Of a stretch of DNA of 64,000 nt, positions 50,239 to 60,266 are shown piece after piece. The notes under the pieces are model-generated. The model was not told the origin of the DNA, made no database searches, and saw only the letters and a list, made by a program, of their open reading frames with translations. The position numbers and the translations under genes are program-made. Position 1 is the stretch's first letter, and the number at the start of each line of letters is the position of its first letter. The DNA is from Candidatus Rariloculaceae bacterium. Its GTDB lineage: Bacteria > Pseudomonadota > Gammaproteobacteria > Steroidobacterales > Rariloculaceae. Where the stretch lies: the NCBI GenBank assembly GCA_045561055.1, contig JBJKYL010000017.1, positions 246,518 through 310,517 on the forward strand, given 5' to 3'.

Positions 50239-50753
50239 CCGCTATCACCCATACCGCGGGTGTCCGGGTCTCCAGAGGCAGTTTCGTTATCGGTGTTACC
50301 GCCGGCACCATCCCGGCTAAAACTAAAGCCTTCTGCATTACCCACAGAGGACCAGTCTACTGGCGGAAAATTGGGTGGCGGTGGTGGTTCGAGTAAAGCT
50401 GACATTGCGTGAATTTCTAGCTCAGGTTTATTTGCAAGGGATACTGAGATATCCACGCGACGAAGATTCTCAATTGGAGTCACCGTGACCTCTGCCCGCC
50501 ATATCCAGAGCCGTCGGGCAAACTCTTCCTCACCCTGGGTAGTTCCGATGGAAGGCCATTGCAAAGCGGTACTCATCAACGTCAGTTGATTTGACGCAAT
50601 CCAACTCGCCAGTGTCTTCTCTTCGAGATAGGCGGTACTGATAACATAGCGATTGAGCTGGGTATATACAGCCGTCATCCCGACAGACACAATCACTAAC
50701 GCGATCATGGCCTCAAGTAGCGTGAAACCGTAATTTCGCTCCTTAGTTGCCAT
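50235..50753 (-). CDS. gspI: T2SS minor pseudopilin I
   Basis: GFTLLEAMIAL, LEEKTLASWIASN. Confidence 0.9.
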   Translation of the reverse strand: MATKERNYGFTLLEAMIALVIVSVGMTAVYTQLNRYVISTAYLEEKTLASWIASNQLTLMSTALQWPSIGTTQGEEEFARRLWIWRAEVTVTPIENLRRVDISVSLANKPELEIHAMSALLEPPPPPNFPPVDWSSVGNAEGFSFSRDGAGGNTDNETASGDPDTRGMGDSG

Positions 50754-51318
50754 CGAACCCCAGTTCTGTCACTTCCGTTGCCCCGTCGAGTCCCGAATAG
50801 AGTAAATAACGCCCCCCGTTTATTTCTCGATAGAATTCGACTCGAAAAGGTGTCGTTTCGCCGCTTGCCAACAGAACGACCTGGGGTTGAGGTTCTTCGA
50901 TCTCAGCCTCATTGAACCGCCTATCCAAAGGAATTACCCGATCCTCAAGGGATAGCTCCAGAGTAATCGGATTTTCTAGAACTCTCGTTCCTAGGAAGCG
51001 ATCATCAAAGGGCTCAAACCATAAGAGACGTTCGGTATCGTATATGTAAAAACGATAGCCTGTTTCGCTAAATAGAATGCCGTAATTACGATTTTCCATG
51101 ACTGATTCCTCGCGTATAAGTGCGAGCAAAGTGCGTAGCCGAAAAGCTTCTCGCTCAATCTGTCGATCGTTACCTACTGAGCTGATTGATAGAACAGCGG
51201 CGCCAGCGAATATACCGAAAATGACAATAACGACAAGGAGCTCTATAAGCGAGAACCCGGCATTGAAATGGCGATCAGAAAATCGCTTAGTCCAAATTCC
51301 AGTTACCGATATCAGCAT
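50743..51318 (-). CDS. gspH: T2SS minor pseudopilin H (start probably ATG 51318)
   Basis: GFSLIELLVVIVI, PQVVLLASGETTPF. Confidence 0.88.
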   Translation of the reverse strand: MLISVTGIWTKRFSDRHFNAGFSLIELLVVIVIFGIFAGAAVLSISSVGNDRQIEREAFRLRTLLALIREESVMENRNYGILFSETGYRFYIYDTERLLWFEPFDDRFLGTRVLENPITLELSLEDRVIPLDRRFNEAEIEEPQPQVVLLASGETTPFRVEFYREINGGRYLLYSGLDGATEVTELGFDGN

Positions 51319-51730
51319 TGATTTCTGTGCCACCTTCCTGACCATCGGCACCGTAAGAAAAAAGGTCAAAATCAGACCGCTGTTGGCCGGGTGAACGATA
51401 CTGATATGTATTGCTCCAGGGATCGGAAGGTAAGCCGGATAGATAAGGCTTCCAATTAGGCGCAAATGCTACACCAGGGTTGGTAACGAGCGCCTGTAGC
51501 CCCTGATCTGTAGTGGGGTAACGGAAATTATCTAGTCGATAGAGGTTAAGAGCGGTCTCTATGCTACGTATATCTCCGCGAGCCCTAGTGATTGCTGCCG
51601 TGTCGATATTGCCGATCAGGTTGGGCGCAACAATTGCAGCAAGAAGGCCTATGATTACAATCACGACCATTATCTCGATGAGCGTAAATCCACGTTGGGG
51701 TCGTCTTACCACTAGTTTAATCGATAACAT
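51287..51730 (-). CDS. gspG: T2SS major pseudopilin G
   Basis: GFTLIEIMVVIVIIGLLA, YPTTDQGL.AL, DPW..YQY..PG, S.GADG..GG. Confidence 0.96.
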   Translation of the reverse strand: MLSIKLVVRRPQRGFTLIEIMVVIVIIGLLAAIVAPNLIGNIDTAAITRARGDIRSIETALNLYRLDNFRYPTTDQGLQALVTNPGVAFAPNWKPYLSGLPSDPWSNTYQYRSPGQQRSDFDLFSYGADGQEGGTEINADIGNWNLD

Positions 51731-52076
51731 GTCGTTACCTTGACCCGTCGTAAAAAAGCCGACGATAGCATAAACAAGTCTTCGTATCCGTTAAAGGAGA
51801 TTGCTTTTGCCCGCAATTCTTTACATTGACGAAGATTGTATATACCACGTAAGACGTTTAAAAAATGGCTTACGTAATTGGCCAGACGGGTCTAAAAAGT
51901 AATTTCTGAAGGTTTTAGGACTAATAGCGACCTGTCTCTACTATCTAGATTAGGTGAATTATGGCCGTAATAATCGCCAGATTGCACGCGTGCGTGTCTC
52001 TGAAACCTATGTGACGGAAGGGAAATTAATATACGGTTCGCTATACTCTCGGCTTGATGATATTTGGAGTAATAAT

Positions 52077-52847
52077 ATGGATTCAGTAACTCCTTCACCA
52101 TACTCTGGTATTTATGATCGGGTAGCGCTTATCAGCGGGGCATCCCGCGGAATTGGTAGAGCTGTTGCTGAGGCGTTGGCTGCTCAGGGGGCAACGGTGG
52201 TAGGGACAGCCACCACGCAATCAGGCGCAAGCCGGATTTCCGAATATCTACACGACCGAGGGGCGAAAGGGAGGGGTGTAGTTTTAGACGTTAATGAACC
52301 GAGCGCCATAGACTCTTTGATAACTGATATTAGAAAATCTGAAGGTCTGCCGGAGATTCTTGTCAATAACGCAGGTATTACTCGTGATAATGTGCTGATA
52401 AGAATGAAACCTGAGGAATGGGACATAGTTCTGTCAACCAACCTATCTGCTATCTATCGCCTCAGCAAGGCCACATTACGGGGCATGATGAAAGGGCGTT
52501 GGGGAAGAATCGTAAATATAACCTCGGTTGTGGGTCTGACTGGGAATCCAGGACAAACCAACTACGCGGCGGCAAAAGCCGGAATGATAGGGTTTACAAA
52601 ATCTCTGGCGAGCGAAGTTGCTTCACGTAATATAACAGTTAACGCTATCGCGCCAGGATTCATTGATACCGACATGACACGCGAGCTCGAAAAAAACCAA
52701 AGTGATGCGTTACTCCAACAAATTCCCGCTGGCAGGTTAGGGACTGCAGATGATATAGCAGCAGGTGTTGTATTTTTAGCATCGGATTCCGGTGCCTATA
52801 TTACTGGGGAGACTTTAAATATTAATGGTGGCCTAGCAATGCTTTAG
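52077..52847 (+). CDS. fabG: 3-oxoacyl-ACP reductase
   Basis: GGAG before ATG 52077; GASRGIG, NNAGITRD, YAAAK, PGFIDTDM. Confidence 0.95.
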   Translation: MDSVTPSPYSGIYDRVALISGASRGIGRAVAEALAAQGATVVGTATTQSGASRISEYLHDRGAKGRGVVLDVNEPSAIDSLITDIRKSEGLPEILVNNAGITRDNVLIRMKPEEWDIVLSTNLSAIYRLSKATLRGMMKGRWGRIVNITSVVGLTGNPGQTNYAAAKAGMIGFTKSLASEVASRNITVNAIAPGFIDTDMTRELEKNQSDALLQQIPAGRLGTADDIAAGVVFLASDSGAYITGETLNINGGLAML

Positions 52848-52997
52848 GTAGCGGTGGTTTTATAAGTTATTGTTTTATTAATCTATATGCTAGTTTTTCC
52901 AGATTTGTAGATTGCCTTAGTTTATTCCCATACAATACGCGCCACATTGGGGGTTGGTCCTACGTAATCTGGAATTTTATTTGGAGGTACCATACGA

Positions 52998-53240
52998 ATG
53001 AGTACTGTTGAAGACCAAGTTAGAAATATCATCGCTGAACAACTCGGCGTTAAAGTTGATGAAATCAAAAATAATGCGTCATTCGTAGACGACCTAGGAG
53101 CGGATTCGTTAGATACGGTCGAGTTAGTAATGGCCTTAGAAGAAGAGTTTGACGCTGAGATCCCAGACGACGAAGCCGAAAAAATCACAACGGTTCAAAA
53201 CGCGATTGACTACGTTACCGCCATTAAAAAATCATCTTGA
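52998..53240 (+). CDS. acpP: Acyl carrier protein
   Basis: [20 protein letters not shown]. Confidence 0.98.
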   Translation: MSTVEDQVRNIIAEQLGVKVDEIKNNASFVDDLGADSLDTVELVMALEEEFDAEIPDDEAEKITTVQNAIDYVTAIKKSS

Positions 53241-53304
53241 TTGTTTCGCTACGTAACAGCCTGTCCCCCCCCCTCAGTGTGCCGACTTATCTTGGGAGTT
53301 AGTT

Positions 53305-54546
53305 TTGTCTAAGCGCCGCGTTGTCGTAACGGGACTTGGATTGATATCTCCTGTCGGTAACAATCCTACCGACAGTTGGCGTAGTGTGCGTGACGGAGTC
53401 AGTGGCATTAACCCTATCGATACCTTTGATATTGGAAGCTTTTCCGTGCGTATTGGAGGCACGGTCAAAGGATTTGATGCTAGCGATTACGTAGATGCAA
53501 AATTTGCGCGTAATTCTGATCCATTCATTCACTATGGTGTCGCGAGCTGTAAACAGGCGTTCGAGGATTCCGGTCTTGAGGTTCCCGAAAATGAAGCTCA
53601 TCGATTTGGAGTTTTTATGGGCTCCGGAATAGGGGGGCTCAATACAATTGAAAAGAACTACGAACGCTACATGAAGAGTGGCTCGCGGCGAATTTCCCCA
53701 TTCTTCGTGCCCGGTAGTATTGTGAACATGATATCCGGCTATACCTCTATTGAATACGGTATAAAGGGACCAAACCTCGCGCTCGTTACGGCTTGTGCAA
53801 CCTCTACTCACTGTATTGGCCTTGCTGCTAGACTTATCGCGTACAACGACGCTGATGTTATTCTCGCTGGCGGTTCTGAGTTCGCGACGACACCCTTAGG
53901 TGTTGGGGGATTCGCGTCCGCGCGCGCTCTTTCCACGCGTAATGATGAACCGGAAAAAGCCAGTCGTCCCTGGGACAGGGATCGTGACGGCTTCGTAATT
54001 AGCGACGGCGCTGGTTGTATGGTACTTGAGGAATACCAACGCGCGAAGAAGCGTAATGCACCGATATATGCTGAAATTATCGGTTTTGGTATGAGCGGTG
54101 ACGCAAATCATATTACCGCGCCCGCTATGGACGGAAGTGGCGCCGATCAATGTATGCGTAGCGCGTTAGACGATGCAAAAATAAATGCTGACCAAATCGG
54201 GTATGTGAACGCGCACGGGACTTCTACACCTCTTGGAGATATTGCAGAAACGTGCGCAATTAAGAAAACTTTCGGTGACCACTCGAAAGGGTTAGCGGTT
54301 AGCTCTACCAAGTCTACTACCGGTCATATGGTTGGAGCGGCCGGAGCGGCGGAGGCAATTTTCACAGTGCTGGCCATAAAAAACCAAGTATTGCCGCCGA
54401 CGATTAATCTCGAAAATCAAGACCCAGAGTGTGATCTAGATTACGTCGCGAATACAGCTAGAGAAGTCAATGTTATATATGGATTATCCAACTCTTTCGG
54501 ATTTGGCGGGACTAATGGGACGGTGATCTTTAAACGGCTAGACTAG
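53305..54546 (+). CDS. fabF: 3-oxoacyl-ACP synthase II
   Basis: RRVVVTGLG, TACAT, NAHGTSTP, GHMVGAAG, NSFGFGGTN. Confidence 0.96.
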   Translation: MSKRRVVVTGLGLISPVGNNPTDSWRSVRDGVSGINPIDTFDIGSFSVRIGGTVKGFDASDYVDAKFARNSDPFIHYGVASCKQAFEDSGLEVPENEAHRFGVFMGSGIGGLNTIEKNYERYMKSGSRRISPFFVPGSIVNMISGYTSIEYGIKGPNLALVTACATSTHCIGLAARLIAYNDADVILAGGSEFATTPLGVGGFASARALSTRNDEPEKASRPWDRDRDGFVISDGAGCMVLEEYQRAKKRNAPIYAEIIGFGMSGDANHITAPAMDGSGADQCMRSALDDAKINADQIGYVNAHGTSTPLGDIAETCAIKKTFGDHSKGLAVSSTKSTTGHMVGAAGAAEAIFTVLAIKNQVLPPTINLENQDPECDLDYVANTAREVNVIYGLSNSFGFGGTNGTVIFKRLD

Positions 54547-54621
54547 GTAAAAATACCCACTCGGGACAGCTTAAGAGGATTATGATAATAAAACTCGTGC
54601 TTAATTTAGAAACAACATGCC

Positions 54622-55638
54622 GTGCCTAGTCGCATCCTGATTTCAATAATTCTGGCAATTTCCTTATCAGCGGGTCTGTTAAGTATTTGGAGTTGGAAGT
54701 TATTGAACTCGCCAATGAACGTCCCGTTTAACGGCACGTATCTCGAAATATCCCCTGGTACGCCATTGTCTTTGGTGACAGATGAGCTCGTTACGGGAAG
54801 AATTCTGAGTAATGGCTGGTTGCTGACGGGCTACGCCCATATCTTCGGTCACTCTACACGAATACAAGCTGGGGAATATCGGGTCGCAATGGGTGCAAGC
54901 CCTCTAGAATTTCTTCAACAACTAGTCAGTGGTCAAGTTATTCTTTACTCATTAACAATAGTAGAAGGATGGACATTCGGTGACTTCTTAAATGCATTAC
55001 GCTCCCATCCAGCTATCGTGAGTAGCAACACTACCTCCCAAGCTATTATGCGCGAGCTAGACTCGGAGAATGTTCATCCTGAGGGGCAGTTCTATCCAGA
55101 CACTTATAGCTTTCCTCGGGGAACGGTCGATATAGAAGTGTTACGGCAAGCGCATAGCGCCATGAAAGAAATCGTCCAGTCCACCTGGAACCGAAGAAAT
55201 ACGACTTCTATCGGAAGCCCTTACGAGATGATTGTTCTCGCGTCGATTATCGAGAAGGAAACGGCACTTCCCGGGGAGCGACCCCAAATCGCCGGGGTTT
55301 TTAGTCGCCGGCTGCAACGTGGGATGCGACTGCAGACTGACCCTACCGTTATCTACGGTCTGGGGGATGATTACGACGGAAACTTGAGGCGCGAACACCT
55401 CCAGTCAGATACACCATACAACTCTTATACCCGTTTAGGCTTGCCGCCAACACCAATCGCACTTCCAGGCGCTGCCGCTTTATATGCCGCCGTGAATCCC
55501 GACAAGAGTGACGCGCTCTATTTCGTGGCAACAGGGGATTCCTCTGGGAGTCACTATTTCTCAGCAACCCTAGAGGAGCACAATGCCGCGGTTGCTCGTT
55601 ATTTAGAAAGACTTCGAGAGGAGGATAGCGTTCACTAG
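54622..55638 (+). CDS. mltG: Endolytic transglycosylase MltG
   Basis: EG..YPDTY, ASIIEKE, MRLQTDPTVIYG, GLPPTPI. Confidence 0.95.
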   Translation: MPSRILISIILAISLSAGLLSIWSWKLLNSPMNVPFNGTYLEISPGTPLSLVTDELVTGRILSNGWLLTGYAHIFGHSTRIQAGEYRVAMGASPLEFLQQLVSGQVILYSLTIVEGWTFGDFLNALRSHPAIVSSNTTSQAIMRELDSENVHPEGQFYPDTYSFPRGTVDIEVLRQAHSAMKEIVQSTWNRRNTTSIGSPYEMIVLASIIEKETALPGERPQIAGVFSRRLQRGMRLQTDPTVIYGLGDDYDGNLRREHLQSDTPYNSYTRLGLPPTPIALPGAAALYAAVNPDKSDALYFVATGDSSGSHYFSATLEEHNAAVARYLERLREEDSVH

Positions 55639-55640
55639 CT

Positions 55641-56276
55641 ATGCCTAATGCATTTGTAACGCTCGAAGGAACGGAGGGAGTCGGAAAATCGACGAGCCTT
55701 GCTTTTATCGAACAGATACTTTCGGGCGCGGGACATCACGTTGTTGTCACACGAGAACCTGGAGGAACTCAGCTTGGTGAGCAAATACGAAATTTAATAT
55801 TAGAGGGCAATCATCAGTATCTGTCAGCTGAAATAGAGGCATTACTAATGTTTGCTGCTCGCGCTCAACACCTAAACGAAGTCATAAGACCCGCGTTGGC
55901 AGATGGTGCTTGGGTGCTTTGTGATCGTTTTACAGATGCGACGTTTGCGTATCAGGGTGGCGGTCGAGGGGTATCTGCCGGATTTCTCACTTCCTTAAAG
56001 GTAGCGATTCAAGGTAACCTGGAACCAGACCTCACTTTGTTGTTCGATGCACCAATTGAGATCGGAATGGCCCGAATTGCAAAACGCAAGCCGGACCATT
56101 TTGAGAGAGAGGATCGAGAATTTTTCGAAAGAGTTAGAAAGGGCTATTTAAATCTAGTCGCGCGTTTCCCGGATAGAATTAAATTAATTAACGCAGACCA
56201 ATCGATAACAGATGTTCAGAGGGAATTAAGGCACCATATTGACAAATTGCTCGAAACACACATGAGCCATGAGTAA
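55641..56276 (+). CDS. tmk: Thymidylate kinase
   Basis: EGTEGVGKST, TREPGG, DRFTDATFAYQG. Confidence 0.96.
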   Translation: MPNAFVTLEGTEGVGKSTSLAFIEQILSGAGHHVVVTREPGGTQLGEQIRNLILEGNHQYLSAEIEALLMFAARAQHLNEVIRPALADGAWVLCDRFTDATFAYQGGGRGVSAGFLTSLKVAIQGNLEPDLTLLFDAPIEIGMARIAKRKPDHFEREDREFFERVRKGYLNLVARFPDRIKLINADQSITDVQRELRHHIDKLLETHMSHE

Positions 56277-57303
56277 ATTCGATATATTTGGGACGCAGAT
56301 TTGTCCTTGGCTTTTTGCTAGCTACGATTCGCTAACCGGTGTCCAACGTGATAGGCGACTCGGCCATGCCTGGGTGTTAACCGGCCCTGAGGGGATTGGT
56401 AAACTTAATTTGGCGCTAGCGCTAGCTAACTCTCTTCTTGACCGGAATGCCGATACTCCGAGCGCACTAAACGTTGCTGACGCAACGTCAGTTATCGACA
56501 ATCTCTACGATTCGGCTGATCATCATCCAGATCTGCACTGGATATTCCCTGATCAGGAAAAGCGCGGCGGTTCAATCACAGTGGACCAAATTAGAGTAAT
56601 GGAACAAGCTCTAACGCTGACAAGCCTTCATGGGCAAAGCAAAGTGGTAATTATTGATCCTGCAGATGTTTTAACAACCGCCGCGGCTAATGCCTTGTTG
56701 AAAACGCTCGAGGAACCTACTCATAACACTTACCTGTTTCTGGTCAGTCATCAGCCTGGCTCCCTGCCCGCCACTATTATAAGTCGCTGTGAGAAATTAC
56801 CCTTATCTCGCCCCGCCAGGGATATAGCTTTAGATTGGCTAGAAACCGCACCTGGAACTACAACGCGCGACGATTGGGCCGATTTGCTAGCGCTTGCCAA
56901 TGGTTCCCCGCTTTATGCGCTTAAATTATTTATAGAAGATTATCTTATTAAAAACAAAACATTGGAAGATCAATTTAAATTGATTTCTAATAATAAATTA
57001 GATCCTCAAACGGTTGCTGATCAATGGATAAAGGAGGGGATAACTACCCCCTTAGATTGGCTTACTAGAAGGCTTCAGGGCGAAATTCGTAGGCAGATGG
57101 CCGGAGAGGCTGCATTGCTTACTCCAGATGCGGGTTCAGATCGTTTGGATAATGCCTGGGAAAGGCTCACACTCGACGGATTGTTTAGGCGGTTAGACGC
57201 GACGGAAAAACTACTCCGTCAGCTGGGGAGTGGCACTAACATTGATCTGGCACTACGTGCACTGCTGATGACATTTCACCCGCAGCATTTGCTGGTTCGA
57301 TGA
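56269..57303 (+). CDS. holB: DNA polymerase III delta-prime subunit
   Basis: GPEGIGK, HPDLH, AANALLKTLEEP, TIISRC; follows tmk. Confidence 0.92.
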   Translation: MSKFDIFGTQICPWLFASYDSLTGVQRDRRLGHAWVLTGPEGIGKLNLALALANSLLDRNADTPSALNVADATSVIDNLYDSADHHPDLHWIFPDQEKRGGSITVDQIRVMEQALTLTSLHGQSKVVIIDPADVLTTAAANALLKTLEEPTHNTYLFLVSHQPGSLPATIISRCEKLPLSRPARDIALDWLETAPGTTTRDDWADLLALANGSPLYALKLFIEDYLIKNKTLEDQFKLISNNKLDPQTVADQWIKEGITTPLDWLTRRLQGEIRRQMAGEAALLTPDAGSDRLDNAWERLTLDGLFRRLDATEKLLRQLGSGTNIDLALRALLMTFHPQHLLVR

Positions 57304-57590
57304 ACTGAGTTAGCCTCTCAATCACGGCGATAAACTCCTTTACCAGCTCAATAGTACGTTTCTTTCCTGACTGGCTAGAAACTTACGTACGAATGAGTTG
57401 TGTGCCTTTCTAAAAACGCATATAAAAAATCTGAATGCTGTCTATGGGGGAAAGCTAGCGATGGAATCCGGGTATCAAAGTTGTCGACGCACTTTAAGCG
57501 GTTCTTTGTGATAACCGGTATTTTTGTATGGGTTATGTTGCTGTAGAACGTTCTACAGAAAATCAGGTGCCCTAGCGATCATTCGACAAT

Positions 57591-58346
57591 CTATTGCGTT
57601 TGCATAATATGATCGTCGATCTCAAAATCTACGACGATAGGTAGGTGATCTGAAAACGCTACCCGCGGGATTGAGAACTTATTGATCGATATGTTTTTTC
57701 CGTAGAGAACAAAATCTAGTTCTTTTCGCGGGTGTCTACTTGGGTAGGAGGGCAGGCTGAGCTCATTGGCACTCCTTAGTCCAGAAGCTTTCATAAAAAG
57801 ATAGATTTCGTGCTCTCCCCAAAAGGCGTTAAAGTCACCAGCGACAATCACCGGTTTTTTAGTAGCTACAACAAGATCGTGAAGGTGGCGTAACTGCGCC
57901 TGCCGGTGACGATACTTTAACGACAGATGCACAAGAAAAACTGCGCAGTTATCCAACTCAAGCTCGATGATTAATCGCTTGATTCCGGTGTCGAAATAAT
58001 GGAACCGCTCCCCATGTATCCTCGGAGCCGCAAGAAAAGCGTTCCCTTGTTTTCGCAGGATCGGTAAATGATTATTTAACGAGGATTGCCCATACTTGCA
58101 TTGATGCGCGGAGTAATGTCCGATTGAGTCTGCTATCTTCGATGCTTGATTAATGCGTCGACTTCTAATTGAACCCGTATCAACTTCGATCAGACCAACG
58201 ATATCTGGATCTTGAGACTTGATAAATGACGTAATTTGCTTGAGATTATCGGGCTTAGCGAGCAGATACCCGGCTCCCGGTACAGGAAGGTACTTTGATC
58301 GACCGACACCTAAGCCGTAGCAGATATTATAGAGGAGAAGACGCAT
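57591..58346 (-). CDS. Endonuclease/exonuclease/phosphatase family protein
   Basis: YNI, DIVGLIEVD, GNA, AGDFN, LDFV, SDHLP. Confidence 0.88.
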   Translation of the reverse strand: MRLLLYNICYGLGVGRSKYLPVPGAGYLLAKPDNLKQITSFIKSQDPDIVGLIEVDTGSIRSRRINQASKIADSIGHYSAHQCKYGQSSLNNHLPILRKQGNAFLAAPRIHGERFHYFDTGIKRLIIELELDNCAVFLVHLSLKYRHRQAQLRHLHDLVVATKKPVIVAGDFNAFWGEHEIYLFMKASGLRSANELSLPSYPSRHPRKELDFVLYGKNISINKFSIPRVAFSDHLPIVVDFEIDDHIMQTQ

Positions 58347-58498
58347 CTAGCTTAGTGTAACCTCAGGGGGTAATAAATAGTGGGTTGTAGACTTATAGAA
58401 TGACAGGCATAAGTTAAGATTATGTCTATTAGAACGCTCCCAAAGTCGGGGGGGCTCATAAAAAAACGTCATCAAAAAATCTTGCTTAATCAACAGTT

Positions 58499-59047
58499 AT
58501 GGTCGACCTTTTAAATATAAAATTTGCCGAGAGAGTAGATATTTTTCGATCTATTTTGGTCCCTCTAGTGCTGATCTTGTGCGGCTGCGTTTCGTCTGAC
58601 GCGGGTTCAGGAACGGATTATTCAACTCGAACGGTATGTGATCAATGGTCGGACTGCTTTAATCAACGTGCTGTTCGTAACTACCGGGTATTAAACAATA
58701 ACACTCTCGTAGTTTTTGTTGGCGCAGCACGCTGTCCGTATCTAATAGAAACAGAAGGTTTTTTCTGTGATCTGCGTTCATCACCGTATCTCAGTTTCGA
58801 TGATTTCGATGGTCGTATTTGTAGTCTCGATAGATCCTATATCTTTGGGAATGGTTTTCTCGGGGAACAGGAATATTGTCAGGTTCGTTCAATCGAAGCA
58901 TTAAACGATGATGAGCTCGTAGAAATTTATTCAACGCACGATCTCCTCGAGCCTCTACCTGCGATAGGATCCGGAGAACTGGATGTGATCGAATCACCGG
59001 GGCAAAAGGTACCGTCACCAGTTATTACTAAACCTAGCAACTACTAG
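58499..59047 (+). CDS. Hypothetical Cys-containing lipoprotein
   Basis: LILCGC lipobox; six further Cys. Confidence 0.6.
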   Translation: MVDLLNIKFAERVDIFRSILVPLVLILCGCVSSDAGSGTDYSTRTVCDQWSDCFNQRAVRNYRVLNNNTLVVFVGAARCPYLIETEGFFCDLRSSPYLSFDDFDGRICSLDRSYIFGNGFLGEQEYCQVRSIEALNDDELVEIYSTHDLLEPLPAIGSGELDVIESPGQKVPSPVITKPSNY

Positions 59048-59069
59048 ATGTTGACGCGGTAGAGACTGG

Positions 59070-59891
59070 CTAGAGGCAGCTGGGTCTCAAGCCGGCTTCG
59101 AGCGCTTCGTTGTAAGCTATTAGTGCTGGCGTAAGTCTGCTTGCTAAATTAGCCATACGCCGATCGTCTGACGGATGTGTTGACAAAAATTCTGGTGGTG
59201 AACCTTGGGATAAGTCTGACATATTTCGCCACAGATAGAGGCTTGACCGCGGGTCGTAACCAGCCGCCGCCATGTATTCGAGGCCAACTAAATCAGCCTC
59301 GCTTTCCTGATTTCGATCAAAGGGTAGCCCAATAAAAATTGCCGTACCCTGACGAATTGAGTCGCTACCGTAGCCATACGTTGCCGAGGATAGCACCCCA
59401 GATAGAAGGTCGGTTCCAAGCTGCTTTCTTGCGCGCTCGACGACATGATCTTCTGTTAGGTGTGCAATTTCGTGGCCGATTACTGTCGCCAGCGCATCTG
59501 GTGTATCCGCAACCTTAAATATACCTGTGAACACACCAATTTTCCCTCCGGGCATGGCGAAAGCATTGGCTGATTCGTCGTCGAAAACGATAATTTCCCA
59601 ATCCATGCTTGCGTAAGGCTCTTCCAGCGTAGCTATGAGACTATTAGAAATGCACTCCACGAATGGTTGGATTCGGGGATCCGCAGGTCGAGACATCTCT
59701 CGTTTCATACGCAACCACTCTAGACGTGAGGCTCGCTCAACCTCACCTCTGGATGTTGAGAACTGGGCCTGTGCATTAACGCCACTGAGCGCTAACAATA
59801 TCGAAAGGGTTAGGCAGAGTATTAATTTATCTTTTAAGAAGCTCAGTTGTACCATGTACCTTATTTTTCCTATTCCAAGCATTAATAGCAA
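59070..59891 (-). CDS. M48 family metallopeptidase
   Basis: NAFAMPGGKI, HEIAH, QESEAD..G, FLSTHPS. Confidence 0.92.
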   Translation of the reverse strand: MLLMLGIGKIRYMVQLSFLKDKLILCLTLSILLALSGVNAQAQFSTSRGEVERASRLEWLRMKREMSRPADPRIQPFVECISNSLIATLEEPYASMDWEIIVFDDESANAFAMPGGKIGVFTGIFKVADTPDALATVIGHEIAHLTEDHVVERARKQLGTDLLSGVLSSATYGYGSDSIRQGTAIFIGLPFDRNQESEADLVGLEYMAAAGYDPRSSLYLWRNMSDLSQGSPPEFLSTHPSDDRRMANLASRLTPALIAYNEALEAGLRPSCL

Positions 59892-60156
59892 CTGGCGGAG
59901 TCGAAAGGTCCACCGGGCTTACGACAAAAATGATATCACGCTCAGCAGTAATGCACCGTTGGACAAATCTGAACCGGATATTTATCAGCTGGTTAAAAGC
60001 TGTTTCCGTTAAAAAGATACATCAGATAGTTAAACGGGAATCCTTGAGTTTTCACGAGGTGAGTGGAAATAGCTAAGGCTTACAAGATTTTTTGTACCAC
60101 TAGTGGATTTCTACGGTTCGCGAAAAGGGTGGAAAAGTCTAACAACAAATTAAAGT

Positions 60157-60184
60157 ATTGCGCATAATGTATATTATGTTAAAT
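60157..60184 (+). other. dif site (XerC/XerD chromosome dimer resolution)
   Basis: ATTGCGCATAA-TGTATA-TTATGTTAAAT; 26/28 identical to E. coli dif GGTGCGCATAATGTATATTATGTTAAAT. Confidence 0.95.
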
Positions 60185-60215
60185 TAAGACCGTTAGGCTG
60201 ATAAAAAACCATGAA

Positions 60216-60266
60216 CATGAAGCCCCCCTATTGCCATGAAGCCCCCCTATTGCCATGAAGCCCCCT
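60216..60266. repeat. 19-bp tandem repeat (two full copies plus a partial)
   Basis: catgaagcccccctattgc at 60216 and 60235, partial catgaagccccc at 60254. Confidence 0.92.

Noticed and set aside
51954-52076. N-terminal extension of fabG or fabD remnant
   Set aside because: SD supports ATG 52077; no convincing FabD motif in any frame
57304-57590. pilZ remnant after holB
   Set aside because: Only a few residues of vague similarity; not distinguishable from chance
60216-60266. CRISPR-like array
   Set aside because: Contiguous tandem copies without spacers; no cas genes
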